A stretch of DNA of 64,000 nucleotides from Epiperipatus broadwayi (GCA_028023455.1 JAQFVV010000003.1:24118001-24182000); one strand, 5' to 3'. Shown: positions 25,551 through 40,203, counted from the stretch's first letter. Made by a program: numbers and translations. The notes: generated from the sequence alone by a model not told the origin.

Positions 25551-27618
25551 AGATGTCAACAATGTGTTATCAAGTCATCGTAGACTTCCGAAAATAGTGT
25601 GAATAGCATTTCTCCAAAATGCCCTGTCATCTATTTGGGTTTTTTTTCGATTATTCAAAAACGTATTCATTAATAATTGTGATGATTGAGTAATTTACTA
25701 TATATACTAAGAAATCTTAAAAAAAAGCAACCAGTTAGTAAAATAAAAATGGTGAAACAGATTTTAAATAACCCACTGCATTTGAGCATTGGGGTTCCAT
25801 TAATTTTATGAATAATGGATCCATTACAACCAACAGTACTATTGTACACTTGCATATCAATTGAAGAAAAAGATTGCTCACTTGACTTACTGTGAAGATT
25901 TGAAAAGATTTTTCATTCTTGATTTATTCTTTAGCTAAGATACCTATTTACCAATTAATATTGAATGGCTATTTATGTTGATTAGGACCAGATCCAGCTA
26001 TCTGAAAAAAAAAAAAAGTTAATTAAATCATTTTTAACACAGGTTATAAACAAATTAGGAAAATGCATTGCAATTAAATTATAAGCCTTTCACTATTAAA
26101 CTAAGAGTTCTTTCACAGTCTATATCTCTAAAAAAAAAAAAAAAGTACTATGAATTATGAAATGATCAAACAAAATAAATATTATTATTTTAATCTTAAT
26201 ATATACAAAATTTATAATTTTTTAAAAGAACAATAAAAGCATTCAGACTGAATTTGAAATTAAATTCTGTATGTTTATGTTTATTTATTAACCTGCATAT
26301 ATACATACATATTATCTGATCAAAAGATGCAAGTAAAAATTTATATGTGTGTGCATTTATGCATTAAATATTTCTATGTAAATAGATTTAATATCATAAG
26401 TTTTCAAAATTTTTCAAAGCTAAGAATATTTTCTACTGGTCATGATTCTTTATATTTAAAAATATTAGTCTGAATGAATGTTTGACATATTCACTTAATA
26501 GTACAGTAAAACATCATTAATTCAAAATTCTGGACTACAGGGCTTTTTTTGGATTTATATTTTCACATTTCAAGAATAGATCTTTAATTCACACTCTTTA
26601 AACCCAAATTTTGCTAAGATAAAAATAAATATAGGCATTTAGGCTTATTAATTTATACATGTTCATCAATTTTTCTTACATTTGTAAGGCAAATTAAAAG
26701 GGTATCTTTAAAATTTTGTTTGGATAATAGAATTTTGAAATATTAGATATTTGGATTAATAGTAATCTATCTCATTCACAATTAATGATGTTTTATGAAA
26801 CACATTATCAAAATATGTAATATTTATTATGATGCTTGAATATTTTTTTTTTGTTTCAAGTTATAATCCTTTGGGCAAAATCATATTTTGCATGCAAAAA
26901 TAGTTCATTAATTCAGCAACACCTGTACCATACAGTTAAGTTATGGGAACTTTATTTTCAGCAGGTGTTCCAATTATTATGATAGCTTTTTTTTTTAAAT
27001 AAGGAAATAAAACATTTTTTAACATGTTGAATGATTAAAGTAGAACTTTGTTCCCTTTTGCTTTGGCACTTGGGAAGTTAATAAGTCTTGTGGTAAAATA
27101 TATGATGATTTGCTTTATGATGCAATTTATAGTTTTTTAAAATGAAACTTAATGACTTTCTTTTTCTTTTTGAAAAAAAAAAAAGATGATTCATAAATAT
27201 GCTATAGAATAATATATTGACTACAATCCTTTTTTAGCATATAAGTCCAATGCAGCACAGATTCATTTCATTTCTTCAAGTTTTAAAAAGCAATGGGCAT
27301 ACACACTTCACTGAATGTAGAGGAAACAATAATTAGCAAAAGCAAACACATTATGTTTAAACTATTTATTGATAATACTTTTTAAGAAACCTATCTGCTT
27401 TCTTTGCATTAGAAGCAGTAATCCACTTTCTTTCCTCTACCTTGGAGCTATCACTTACAAACTTCAGTAATCAATAGATATTTGATGGTAATAATACATT
27501 CAATCTTCCTCACTACTGAAGATCAATAATTAAAATCTGTTTTAGGATTTTATGACATTACAATCTAATGGGCATTGATTATTAAACCCTTTCATTTTAA
27601 AAACTAGGCATAGTATAT

Positions 27619-28294
27619 CAGGGATGGACAAAATGTCAATTATCATCTACCAGTGAACTACCAAGAAATTTTGGAGTGAATTTATGAAATTTAAAAAAGT
27701 AATAGTATCTGTTGCTACATTATGCTAATTTAGATAGCTATATATAAAATACATTTTTGCACCACGAGAACCTGCTCTTCACAATTAATGTGACTGTATA
27801 TAGTTGGACATATGCCTATAAACTGATAACATACATGCCTTTGTTTAAAATGCATGTAGATGCATATGTTAATTACAAATTCATTGGCTTAAATACATGC
27901 AAGAAGGAAATGCAGTTGGAATCATCAAATATATTCAGTCACTTGTGAAGCTGGGAACTGTATTTTTGTTGTAGCAGATGCACATATTTAATTAATTTAT
28001 TGGGGAAAATTAGTATTTTATGATATTTGAAAAGAAGTGTATAATATTTGAAACTATTGTGATCAAAAGAAAGACACACAATTTTAATACAAAATGGGAA
28101 GAACAGTTTTTATTTACAATGATGAATGGAAAATATGTGTCGTGCAATATTTCATTTCCAAAAAAAAAAGGAAACATTGTAAAAAAAGAAAACGTTAAAA
28201 GATATTTTAAATCATGCATGATATATATAAATAATAGACCATGGCGGAGAAATTTACAAGTAACTCTTGTCCTAAAAATATTTGTCCACACCTG
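27619..28294 (+). mobile_element. Internally deleted hAT (Charlie/SPIN-like) DNA transposon
   Basis: TIRs are CAGGGATGGACAA and TTGTCCACACCTG. The 8-bp flanks TAGTATAT and CAATATAG share a TATA core. The remnant KRKTHNFNTKWEEQFLFTMMNGK...CNI...KKENVKRYF resembles the N-terminal zinc-finger region of SPIN/GTF2IRD2-type transposases. Confidence 0.72.
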
Positions 28295-29129
28295 CAATAT
28301 AGCATTACTCAGATATCTATTTATTAAAAATAAAAGAAGAAATTTACTTTCTAAGGAAATTTTAATATGAATAGAAACAATAAATATCGTGTGGTGATTT
28401 GAAACAATTTTTTAAGAAGAAGAAAAAAGATTGAAATCTACATCTTTTATTTCTTAGAGTATTTCTGAATTATAAAATGAAAAACAATTAATTTTAAACA
28501 ATTAGTGACAGTGATTTTATTATCATTTGTAGGCAGGCAGTGTGAGATTCAAATTTTAGCCTGTTTTGAACTGATATGGCTGCATTTTATTCATGTAATT
28601 TAATGCAGTGGTGAAGAATGGATTTGAAAGTTTAAAATTTCTGGGTTAAATCTCAATTTGCCTTTTTTAGTGCTCCAATGTCATACGAGCTCTTAAGTGA
28701 TTAGCCCTTCAATTATTCTTGAGTTAAGATTCAAAAAAAGTCTTTTGACTCCATTTGGAGAAATTTGAATCCTTATCAGAATCCAGTTCTAAGAACTACT
28801 CTGCATCATTTCCTGGTTAATTGTCATCTTCAGTTTGCAATGACAGTTCATATCATAAAGTTTTTAATAATAATCGTATCAATATGCATTTCATGGTTTA
28901 ATAAAATTATTTGAAATGTATAACATTCATATACTCAGAAAAAAGATTACTCTAAGCAAGTTTTCATGCAAAAACTTCACTAAGTAATACTTGTGATTAA
29001 AAAAGAATATAAAATTCGAAAGTCAAGCATTTTGTAATGACTGAAATAATGTTTCATTTTCAGATTATGGAAAAATCTAAAAGTTTCATGGTTTCACTGA
29101 TGTGGTCAAAGATTTTTGGCTATGCATAT

Positions 29130-29500
29130 CATTCAAAAAGTTTTTTATATATATATTTTAATATGTTTTTAAATATATATAAAGTAAAAGAGACCCAAGA
29201 ATCATAAACATTGCCATGGATTGCTTCATAATAGCTACACTCTGTGTGGTTTGATTTCCAGATAAAATAAAAAAAATAAAAATCTGTTGCACTCAGTTTA
29301 TCAATGATGTGCTCAATCATAACATGATCTCTAAAACATTCAAACCATGTGATTATTATTGTTGAACAAAATTTAATAGTACTATATCCAGTGTTTGATT
29401 TTAAATGGATGAGTATTTTTTTTTTTACTTTTGTATACATACAACCAGCTAGGAATATACCCAACTATTGAATCCAGTAAAATAAAACTTTATATGTAGT
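29130..29500 (-). mobile_element. Highly decayed non-LTR RT fragment (CR1/Jockey-like)
   Basis: The minus strand gives ILGSLLLYIY, resembling the RT motif ILGPLLFLIY. Everything else is broken. Confidence 0.25.
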
Positions 29501-29909
29501 ATCCTTTACTAGCTCACCTCACATGAAATACCACAGGAAAAAAAATATTTTTATGCTTAATTCAATTTCTCTAATCCATACATTCTCTTCTTCTCACCAT
29601 TTTGGCAAACATCTTTCTCTCATGCACATGATCTTATGTTAAGTTTTTACAATCTTTTATCCATATATAGCCATCTTCTAGTACTATGTTTATTCCAATT
29701 TTATTTTAACCTCTTAATTTTATAACGATGTTAGTAACTGTTTGTTTTACCAAACATATCACTGTCAATCTGTTCTTTACTCTCTATCAAGTATTCCTGA
29801 ACCAGATTCATTAATAAAAAATGCATGTATTAAGAACTGTCTTCAAGCATATAGACATAATTTCTATATATTTCATTCTAGTGTATTTATATGTCGGACT
29901 AATTTCATC

Positions 29910-30383
29910 ATCTAATTAATGAGTATTGAATGTGTTTAGAAAAATTTAACTTTATTTAAATATTCCAAATATATTCAACTGATAGTAATAGCACACAGGT
30001 TAGTATATGCACAACATTTCAAGGGATATTATTCTCCCCTCTCCTTTAGGTGAACAGCTGGTCTGACTAGTGACAGTAATAGTATGGGAATCGAACCTGG
30101 ATCTTTAGATTCTTGAGTATTGAAAATTTTAAAGTAACACTGGCTCACTTAGTTAGAGCATTACCTTAAAAGTTCAATACTCAAGAATCTAAAAGTCAAG
30201 GTTCAATTCCAATGCTAGTACTGTCATTGGTCAGGCCAGCAAGACCAGAAGAAGAGGGGAGAATAATACCTCTTAAAACATTGTGCATACACTAACCTGT
30301 GTGCTATTACTAACAGTTGAATGTATTTAGAATATTTAAATCAAGTTAATTTTTTCCAAAGACATTCAATACTCATATTAGAT
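29910..30383. repeat. Long palindrome built from a tRNA-headed SINE and its inverted 5'-truncated copy
   Basis: Arms 29910-30137 and 30161-30383 enclose a 23-nt loop containing the A-box-like TGGCTCACTTAGTTAGAGC. A B-box-like GGTTCAATTCC lies at about 30200-30210. Confidence 0.8.
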
Positions 30384-30782
30384 TATGGAAATGGTTCAAT
30401 ATATAAATACAACTAAAACACCATCATCACAAACCTTCAGGAAAACACTTCAATATATTATGACATCTCTCTCTAGTTCTATCAGCAGTAATCAAAAGTA
30501 ATTCACATAAATATATTACTTGTCTTCAAAATAAAAATATTAAATATCCTCATTTCTTTTTTTATTATTATTATTGATTGAATTGTTAATGATTTCCTTA
30601 TTTGTTTGCTTTTGTGATGTGGTGATTAAACATTCATATTTCACACCCATGACTTTCAGTTTGAATCTGATTCAATTAAATCTCAGAAATTTTTTCAGGT
30701 CGTATAAAGTCTTAGAAGTTTTTTTTTGTTTCAGACAGCTATCCAGTAAACAACTTAAATATTAAGCTAATATCATCTAGAG

Positions 30783-31265
30783 CAGTGGTTCCTAAATCTT
30801 TTTCCATTATAACAACCCATTTTTATAAATTGTACTCCTTTTTATATATATATTTGATAGTCTATTTCTTATATATATATATGTAAAACTATTAATAACC
30901 AACACTATACAAATACTTATAACAGAATAAATTTATAAGCAAAAGTTTGTCGAATTGTAGTCTTTATATCAGAAAATTATAGTAACTGTTGTTTCAAATT
31001 TATAAGTTTTAATTAATAAATAGCCCAATAATGGAATTAAAAGCAATTGAATAATAAGATAAACAGCAGTGTATATGCAAATTATATTCAAATTTCAAAA
31101 GATACAGTTCAAGTAAGTACATCACAAATTATATTAAAGAAAACTACATTATGTTAATTAATTTATTTACGTACATTTCTCCATTATTATTCAATTTTTT
31201 CATATACCTTTAAAACTCTGATTTATACCTCTGGCAGTATACATATGTCAGATTGGGAATCATTG
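30783..31265. mobile_element. hAT-type MITE
   Basis: Imperfect TIRs are CAGTGGTTCCTAAATC and GATTGGGAATCATTG. The 8-bp flanks ATCTAGAG and GCCTAAAG resemble a hAT target. The interior is non-coding. Confidence 0.55.
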
Positions 31266-31974
31266 GCCTAAAGGATAATGGTTTCAAATTACTCTGAATT
31301 GATAAAAACAATTATAATTAATAAAAAAAAATAGGTAAGTGGTTTTTCTTGGGAGTTTATAAGAAATTCAAGCATTGAAGGTGATGAAGTGGTTTGTGAT
31401 CCATAGACCTTAAGCACCAAAGTCCACACTTTACCATTGTACTATACCAACCAGGATTTATTCACTTGCAATAGAGATTTTTATTCCTGATGTGAATTGA
31501 CTTTTTATATTAAAAGAAATTGTTTTTAATTCTTTTTATTGCATTTTATAGCCTGAGAAATTTAGTTTTGTGGTAGAATAACAGGATTGGGGGCTAAAGT
31601 TATGAATGAATGTTCTAGTGATAAATATTTTGAGCTTTAGATTTCATTGTTCCATCACTAGTTTAGTCTTCATTCTTTCTGAATTGGTTAGCGATTAATT
31701 AGAATAGGTTTTAATATATGATAATGTATATTTATCATTGATTATTAATTTTAGCAGCATGCTTTTCTTTACCTTTCACCCCATCTATGTTACTAATTGT
31801 AGCTTAACATCCAGTTCTGTTGTGTCCAATCTCTCCAGATTAGTTTCAAGACTTACATATACACACTGAGCTATTTTCAGTTCCACGTGCCTATATAGCC
31901 AAGTTGGCTTAGACTGAATACATTTAAATGTTGTTGTTTTTTTCAAATTGGGCTGATAATTTGATAGTGAAAGA

Positions 31975-32150
31975 GAAAGCTCAATGGTGTCCTGCTGGGG
32001 AAAGATGCATTAGATCCTAAAGATCTGGTCCAATATCCAAAGCTTCTTACTGATGAAAGCCATAACTTCAAACTAGTCTGGTGATATTGGATAGGACAGT
32101 GCTGGATAAGGATTTATTATGCATTATCATTTGCATGTCAATTAATACAG
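31975..32150 (+). mobile_element. Diverged family A fragment
   Basis: It reads GCATTAGATCCTAAA...TTA-CTGATGA-AAGCCATAACTTC-AA-ACTAGT-C-TGGTGATATTGGAT, matching the family A consensus. Confidence 0.6.
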
Positions 32151-33499
32151 TATACAATTTCTAGCATAGAAGTGATGAGAGCAAAAAAAAAAGCATACTT
32201 CTGAAATAATACTGAATGAGCAAGTTATGTGGTAGAGTCATACGACTATTATTAATATTATTATTAATGGTTTTGACTATTATTGTTTTTGATTAGTGAG
32301 ATAGCTTTCTTTATAAACCCAGTAATTATTTATTTATTTTTCTTATAGAAAGTACGGAATTCAAGTTCCACATAAAGAGATAAAATATAATTTAAATGAA
32401 TTTTTAAAAATATTTTCAGGAATGGAACATTTTTAAAAAAATTAACTCTTAATTCAACATCATTTTTAAAAATGCAAAATAGAAATTTATGCATTATACA
32501 TAATAAAATTTTTATTTTAAAATAATGAGCTTTAATTAAATTTTAACCTTATGAAATATATAAGATTTTTTAAAAATTGCTTTTATGATGGACTTGAGTA
32601 TGGTCTTTATGGAATGGCAGACTTCATTTACATTGTAAAAATATCAAAGACGATCTAAAAAAGTGTGATGCTGATATGGCAAATAGTATTAGGAAATCTG
32701 TAATTAGATACCCTCATTGTAGAAAAGTTTTCTGCAAAATAAGTTAAATGACAGCATTGCAAAGTATCAAGTAAACAGAATGTTGTCTAATATGTTCTTT
32801 GTATTTAGTGAATAATTTTTTTTACAATACTTGTTATAGCAGTAAAATCATACCATGGTTTTTGTACTTATATCTTAATGGAAGTCACTAAAATATACAA
32901 TTACTGGTCTGATGCCAGATTTATAAAATTAAACAAGGATGTTGGTCCAAAGTCTTAGGATGTTTTTTAATTTTAGATATTTAATTTGGTAGTAGAAAAA
33001 TGTTAAAGGTGGCTTTTGAATGCATTTAGTATTTATTGATTAATCAAGTTCTACCAAGTGAAACAACAAATAGAATGAAATATTGCTCCTGAAAGCAACT
33101 AAATTTGTAATTGTAGGGCATTCTTTGCTTTGAATCATATTTGCTCTTTCAAATAATATCTGCTTTTGATTATATATAATTAATCAATGATTTTATTGAT
33201 CAGAATTTCATAAGAATTTTAAGTACTTGAAATGACAAAGCTGGAGTATGATCCATGGACTTTTAGTTTCAGAATCTGGTAGATTTCAACTTCATCAAAC
33301 TATTCAACAGGATAATATTTTTTAAAAATGTGACATTGCAAAGAAGATATGTTTTAACACTTAACAGAAATAGATTCAGTGCCATAAGTTTTATAAAACA
33401 TTTCAAGAATGATAGCGCATATTAAATTAGCATTAATACAACATAATTATATATATATTAAAAATTTTCTACTTTTCAGTCAATATTTAATTGATTGTT

Positions 33500-34092
33500 A
33501 TTGTTGTGTTTGGTGGTCTGGATTACAGACCCAACCTACAGAAAATAATACTAACACCAATATTACAATTACTATAATATTTATTATATTTACAAATATG
33601 TACAATACATAATAATATACTTATAATGTGTACTCTTGGATTCGCATCTTGTGGTTCTACCACTTCCAGCTACACCTGATACCTTGCTTCATAGGTAGGG
33701 AGAATGACTCTTCCGACTGTACAAGACATCTTGCCTCAAGTCAATAGTAGTCTTAGCAGTGTCCGGTCCCTCTGTGGACTTGCCTAGTTGTGTGGGAAAA
33801 TAGCATATTGTTATCATAGGAATGCTTAGTGCTGTTCAGGTTAGCAGGGCTTCCTGTGGAGAATGCATACTGTCTTTGTAGGTCAGACAGACATTCTCAG
33901 CTTTTTCCTCCAAACGGCTGACTATTTACTGCCAGATTCCTAACCTCACTGGAACATTCAGGCCTGTACTAATCATTGGCTATGTGTTTATCTGTACATC
34001 AGCCTATTGACCAGCAGCAAACAATGCTCAATCCAATCAGATAAAGAAGGAATCAGGAATAGTCCACTTCTGAGGGAAAAGAAAACTATAAC
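33500..34092. mobile_element. Possible solo LTR
   Basis: This is a GC-richer non-coding block of about 590 bp with TG...CA-compatible ends. I saw no partner copy in the window. Confidence 0.25.
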
Positions 34093-34748
34093 AGCTATAT
34101 TATTACTATTATTCTATAATGCTTTAATCTAAAAATGCAGTTCTCAATTTATGTAATTAATACTTTTGATAAAATTTTGAGCAATTTAATTGTTTCATAA
34201 GCAAAAAATAATAATACAATATTATTGCATTATATTGTAACACATTTAAATTATTGTATATATAGCAGATATCACAATGTTTAATGCATCGATTTTTAGT
34301 GGAATTTAAAATAATGAATATATTGCAATTAATAATTTTATAATTAAAATTGATAAGTTGTTTTATTTTCTTATAATTCCGATTTAGAATATTAAAATTC
34401 AAATAATAATAATAATCAGATGTTAAAAAATGGATGCATGTGGATGTTATGCTATTGAAGAATGTTTCTAATTTCTTTTACAGTTCTACTATGTCTACTT
34501 TAGAAAAATTTACATTTAAGAAACTTGGCATTAATAAAGTCATAGAGAAAGATATATTTCAGACAGTATTTTGCATCAACAAATATCTTTAAAAAATATG
34601 ATATAGAATGAAACCATAAATAAATGCACTATATAAACAGGCTATTTCAAATATGTACTATTTAATATATTTATAAACAAAAAATGAAAATATTAAAACT
34701 CATAAATTTACCATGGCAGCAGCTATTTTTTTTTTTTGTCTTGGAAGA

Positions 34749-37700
34749 TAAGGTGCACACGGCAAGTTTCACCTGTGGCAGTTGTATATTTATTCAATTA
34801 TTTTAGACAATGTTTTAAACTTAAGTTTATTACTCCCAATATATAATATTAGTAGCTTGTTAGTCTCTCAGCTAGAAGCTTGCTAGTTGAATGTCAATAG
34901 TTATTTAGTCTTAATTATGCATGCACAGTTCTTTATGGTATTGAATTATAATTTTGCACTTTTTATGCAGAAGTCTATTTTATTCTGTTAACACTTCTTT
35001 GTTAACTTTTCACCACAGTCATTTCTTCAGCATATATCACTACTCAAACATTGTTGTTTGCAAGCACTATATTGCTCTCTACTGCTCTATCTACTGTACT
35101 ACTGCTCTAGATATTCAGTTTTGTTTTTTGTGATCTAATTTGCATACATAGTTTTATTATTATCTTGTAAATTAGCATATCCATGTTAATTTGATAATTT
35201 GCATAACTTCACTTTCATTATTTCTACAATGACTGTTAAGGTTTTTTATGATGACTTTTTTATACACACATGCACATGTAATTTTATTCATTATTTACAT
35301 AATTTAGTCTTATACACACATGCACATGTAATTTTATTCATTATTTACATAATTTAGTCAATACACAGCAATATCTTCTTTCATTGGAGAAATAAGTTCA
35401 TTAATTCACAAGAAACAAGCCTATAATCTTTTAGGCATATGCTTATCTGTGGCAGGTCTTGATAATATTGATTATTACCTCTCCTACTCATTTATTCTTA
35501 CTTCTTGTTCACACTGTATTTTGCAATTTACTTCAATAGGTGTATCTTGGCTCAAATATTTTTTTCTACCTCTATTTCAGTATTAAGACACCATTTTAAA
35601 ATTCTCACTATTTCCTAGAGAATCTTCTACACAAGTGATAGTTATTAAATTTGCGATTTTATTTATTATCTTTATTAGCTCAATAAAAGTTTTTTATATG
35701 GGTAATGTGCTGTCTTACTACTTACTCTACTATCTTCCAGTTAAATTTTGAGTATTTTTTTAATAAGTAGACTAATTACAATTCCTAGCATCCATTTTTT
35801 TCTCAATATGTCTTATCCAAAAACTTCTATTATATTGAACTTGACACTTTCAGTTTTTATTTCCTTCCTTTTAATTTTTTCAGTAATCAATACAAAAAAT
35901 TATATGGTGTATCATTAATAATTCTTCCAGAATTTTTTGGTTAAGAACTTGGTGTGAAGTGTTGATAAAATATCGCTATATTAGCACTTCATGAATATCA
36001 ACGTACATCATTTGATTCAGTGTGCATTTAAGATGTTGAATGTTTTTTTTCTTCTAATCCATTTTATTCAGTGTTGTATGGAGGTGTTAAAACATGCCAT
36101 ATCCCTTTCTGAGTCTAACTTTCTTTAATTGCACTGAACAAAATCCTGTACTATTGCTGATAACTATAGACTCAGATATCCATGTGTTATGAAAAAGTTT
36201 GTTTAATACTTTTATTATATTTTCTGCATTTGATATTTTTTATCATTCTCTATTTCATCTACTTCAAATACAAATCAATAACTACAATGAATATATATCC
36301 ATGGAAAGGCCCAGCATGATCTAAGTGGACATTCTTCAATAGCTTTGTGGCTTCAGTCCAAGGCTTGAACTCTTTACTAGATAATCTTGCTGTTTCTTAA
36401 CAAGCCTAATATTTATTTACTGTTTCTTCAATGTCATTATTCTTGTCCAGCCATCAAACATATGAACAAGTAGTTCTTTCATGCATGTTATTTTGGGGTG
36501 TCTTTTGTGTAGCAACTGTAGTGCATAAATTTCCTCCCTTGAATTGGAATTAATATTATCTGTCATAAGAATACATTCTTGACACATAGACAAACTTTCC
36601 TGAACATTCCAGATTTGTGGACAACATAATTTGATTGTGCTTTTGGTCATCCAATCTTTAACTATTTGACATTCTGGATCATTTTTAGTCCATTCTGCTA
36701 TAACTTTGCTCTTTACAAATCTAGATTCTATAACATCTATACAGTTAACTTCCTTAATACACATTTTCCATGTGCTTTTATCAAGTGTTATAGAAAAATC
36801 ATCCACATGTTTTATCTGCTTTTCAGGCCTTTATAATATTTAGAAATAATACATGAAAGTATTTATCCATCTCAGAAAATGTTGGGTAGCATGGTCCAGA
36901 GTTTTTTTATTTTTGTATATTATCATTCCATTTTTTATTAATGCCCATCCAATCCTTAATGAGTGATATGCCTGGTAAATTTCATTTTTTATGATTTGAT
37001 TACAAAATTTTGACATCTAGTAAATTCAATGTATTCACAGTTTCTTTTATGTTTTTAATATTCGCAGTACACAATTTTTATGTGTTTTTTCCTTCCACAG
37101 CAATAACAGATGCTGGATTCTCTTTAGTAGTCTTCTCCATTATCTCTGCCATTACCTTGTTTATATATGTGGTTGTCTAACTTCATCTACCTTATTTTTA
37201 AATTCTAACACCTATTCTAGAACAGTTTTATATGCTATTTCTCATTCAATGGCAGCAGCATAATTTAGTGTAGACTCACTTAGCAATATTTGTCTAAGAT
37301 TCTGATTCACACCATGTTTTCATTTGGTGACCACATTTTGTTTTGGAAATGAAGGCATGCTATGTATTTTAAAGTTGTTGATTTGAAATATGATTTTAAC
37401 TTTAGCAGCAACTCCTCATACAGAATATCTTCAGGTATTTTCAGTTTACAATGATGATTTCCCAATTGTAGCTTGACTTATTATTGTTAATGTTATTAAT
37501 TATTATGTATCTTTCAACATGAGTAACATATACTTACCATTACCTTGGATTGTTTATGTTGAATGGCATTACCATACTACTCTACATTACCATTTTGTAC
37601 ATCCATGGTACTAACCGATGCTTAATTTGGGTTCTAGAGACTGTGTCAATTGTTGTGTACAGAGCTAGATTGAGCTAAGGCAGCTGCACACTCATTAAAT

Positions 37701-38220
37701 TATTTTTGGAAATAATATACAAGAAAGTTTTAAACTTAACAATGAGTTTATTACTCAAAGTATGTAATATTATTAGTTTGTTAATCTTTCAATTTGTGGC
37801 TTATTAGTTGAATTCCAATAATTAACTTGGTCTTAACTTCTCATGCATAGTTTTTAATAGTATTAAATTATAATGTTGCACTTCTTTATACAGTGCAATA
37901 GTTTATTTTACTCTGCTAAATCTTCTTTATAAGCTTTTCACCACAATTATCTCTTCAGCATATTTCATCACTCACGGATTGCTTTTAAAATTGCAAGGAC
38001 TGTCTTTGCTCTGGCTAGTCAGTTTTGTTTTTGTGACCTAATTTGCATAAATGGTTTTATTCTTATTTTCTTGCAAATTAACATATCCAAGTTAATTTGA
38101 TAATTTTCACTTATTAAGCATTTTTATTATTTCTAGAGTGATTATTAATGTCTTTTATATTGACTGATTATGCACGCATATGTAACTTTATTATTGACCC
38201 AATTTAGTCAACATACAGCA
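34749..38220 (-). mobile_element. Old Ty3/Gypsy LTR retrotransposon, heavily deleted
   Basis: Diverged direct LTRs are 34749-35370 and 37651-38220, both starting TGCTGT on the minus strand. Flanks GAAGA (34744-34748) and GAAGT (38221-38225) match at 4 of 5 positions. A decayed PBS TGACACAGTCTCTAGAA lies next to 37650 and a purine tract next to 35371. Coding remnants are gag (NLRQILLSESTLNYAAAI, about 37240-37310) and a pre-integrase region (ORF 36417-36806, LH..HP.I..MK). Confidence 0.85.
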
Positions 38221-39566
38221 GAAGTCTATCATGAAATATAACATTCCCAATTGTTGAAATCTTAGACTTACATGAACTCATTTATCAACTGTATTTTTTA
38301 TATTAAATAAGTTGAAAGCTGATGTATTTATATATTGAAGCGTATTATGAAATAACCTACGTTTAAATAGCGCGTTTATTTGCGGTTTCGTTCTATATCA
38401 ATATTTTTTAAATGTATTTATTAGTGCAAACTACCGTGTTTTAACATCAGAGTACATTTTTGTGAACTAAAAAAAAAATGGTTTTAATATTAAGCTGAAA
38501 TATATTTATCATTGTGAAAATATCTGAAGAAATCTATAATAAAAAAAAGTTTATTTATTGAAAGGATTTATTATAGATATAAAAATATATTTCATTATAT
38601 GTCTTTTGACCTGCCTTTTTTGTTAGTACTTATGGAAAAATGATTATTTACTTTTTCTGATTTGAAAAAATAATCTACTCACTCTTTTGTTAATATTTTC
38701 TTGGTAGAAATCGGATTTAAATAGACGCTTTTGTGATTTGAGAAAGTTGCATCTGACGTCTCAACACTCAATTTGTCATCTTAAAAAAAAAAAAAACTAT
38801 TTGAAATCTTTTAGTTTGTTTAGTGAAGATTTTTTTTGTTAGAAATGGGAAGATGATTCACTTCTGTAAGTTTAGATAATCACACTCTAGACCAGTTATT
38901 TGCTTTGGTGACCAATTATTGAAATAAGGGATTTCCTTATTGAATATAATTCTTGTTTTTTAGACGGTGTATTACTATACCGACTAAGTTTTAACAGACT
39001 AGTCATAAATGTATAAATGATCAGGCACTTAATATCAATGATTAGATTAACCTCTGCATGTCTGTAAATTTTTGGTTAAGCTAACACTAACTAGGTTAGC
39101 TAGTAGACTATAATCATGTTGTTTATCTTTTTAAAATTGAACTGTAAAAAAATTAATATACAAGATCTTTACCTATATTGTGAATTAATTTTTAACTTAT
39201 ATGTATATGCAGTTTATGTATATATGTAATAGAGAGGCGAGAGAAGTAAACAAACTTTATATAAAATAATGGAGAAATATGAAAGTTGTCTATAAAAAGA
39301 TATTACGCTTGGGAGAAAAAGAAATGTAAATAGCCATGTGTGTGTGCTGAAAATCAGATATATTAATCTTTAACTTGGATTGAAGTTTATATCTGTGCTA
39401 GAAAAAATCTCTAATTTAATAAATGATTAGTAATAATCATTACGTGTTTATCAAAAAGTTGATAACGAAAAGTTGGGAGAGGAGTAAATTGACGCTTGAA
39501 AATAAAAATGAATTAATTTACTCTACATAAATACTCTTCATGTAATAAAGATATATATGAGAGATG

Positions 39567-39623
39567 ATGACCCGGCCCAACTGATGAGGGCTGGCTCAGC
39601 ACGAAATGTATCTTGGGGGTTAT
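39567..39623 (+). ncRNA. Minimal type I hammerhead ribozyme with intact catalytic core (family B)
   Basis: It parses as ATGACC-cgg-CCCAA | CTGATGA | GGGCTG gct CAGCAC | GAA | ATGTAT | C | TTGGG-GGTTAT. Stem I is 5 bp plus a 6-bp extension, stem II has one mismatch, and stem III is self-complementary. The predicted cleavage site is after AUC (39612). Confidence 0.8.
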
Positions 39624-40203
39624 TTGTCTTTTATTGTATCTTTGTTTATATGAAATTATTTATGAAATAAAAAGGAATGGAGAAATATGAAAATTGTCTA
39701 TAAAACTTATCCAGTTTGTTAGTAAATGTTTTAAATATTCATCTAGTTGATTACAGATGACACTTTTTTTAAATTTAAGGTAAAGATCGTAAATAAACGT
39801 AGAACAAAACTCCAATAACCCTTCCTAGAGAAATGGGAGAAAAAGATGGTATCAGGAATTGACGTTTTCTGGATGTTTGAACAGGTTTTGGTCCTTGATT
39901 TATTCACCCTCTATTTAAGTATAGCTAAATACCCATTTTCCGACCAAAATGTTGCTAATATTTAGCTGAGTTGGTTATGACCCAGTTTATTGAAAGAAGC
40001 ATCCTGAAAATAATTTGCACTTGCCTTAGATTCAAATTCTGGAGTAGATTAAGCATATGAACTATTTCTGAACCTATTTACATACTGTCTTTGACATGTT
40101 TATGAACAGTTGAACCTTACTTCTCATGAAAAGTCTTTTTTTTTTCTTTTTCGAAATACTGTTTAGATATGAAACAAATGGCAAATTTTTTGTAATTCAA
40201 TTG

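Noticed and set aside
28300-28340. LRR-like words LRYLFIKN (28306-28335) and YLHF (about 59536)
   Set aside because: There are no flanking splice signals and no full LRR periodicity.
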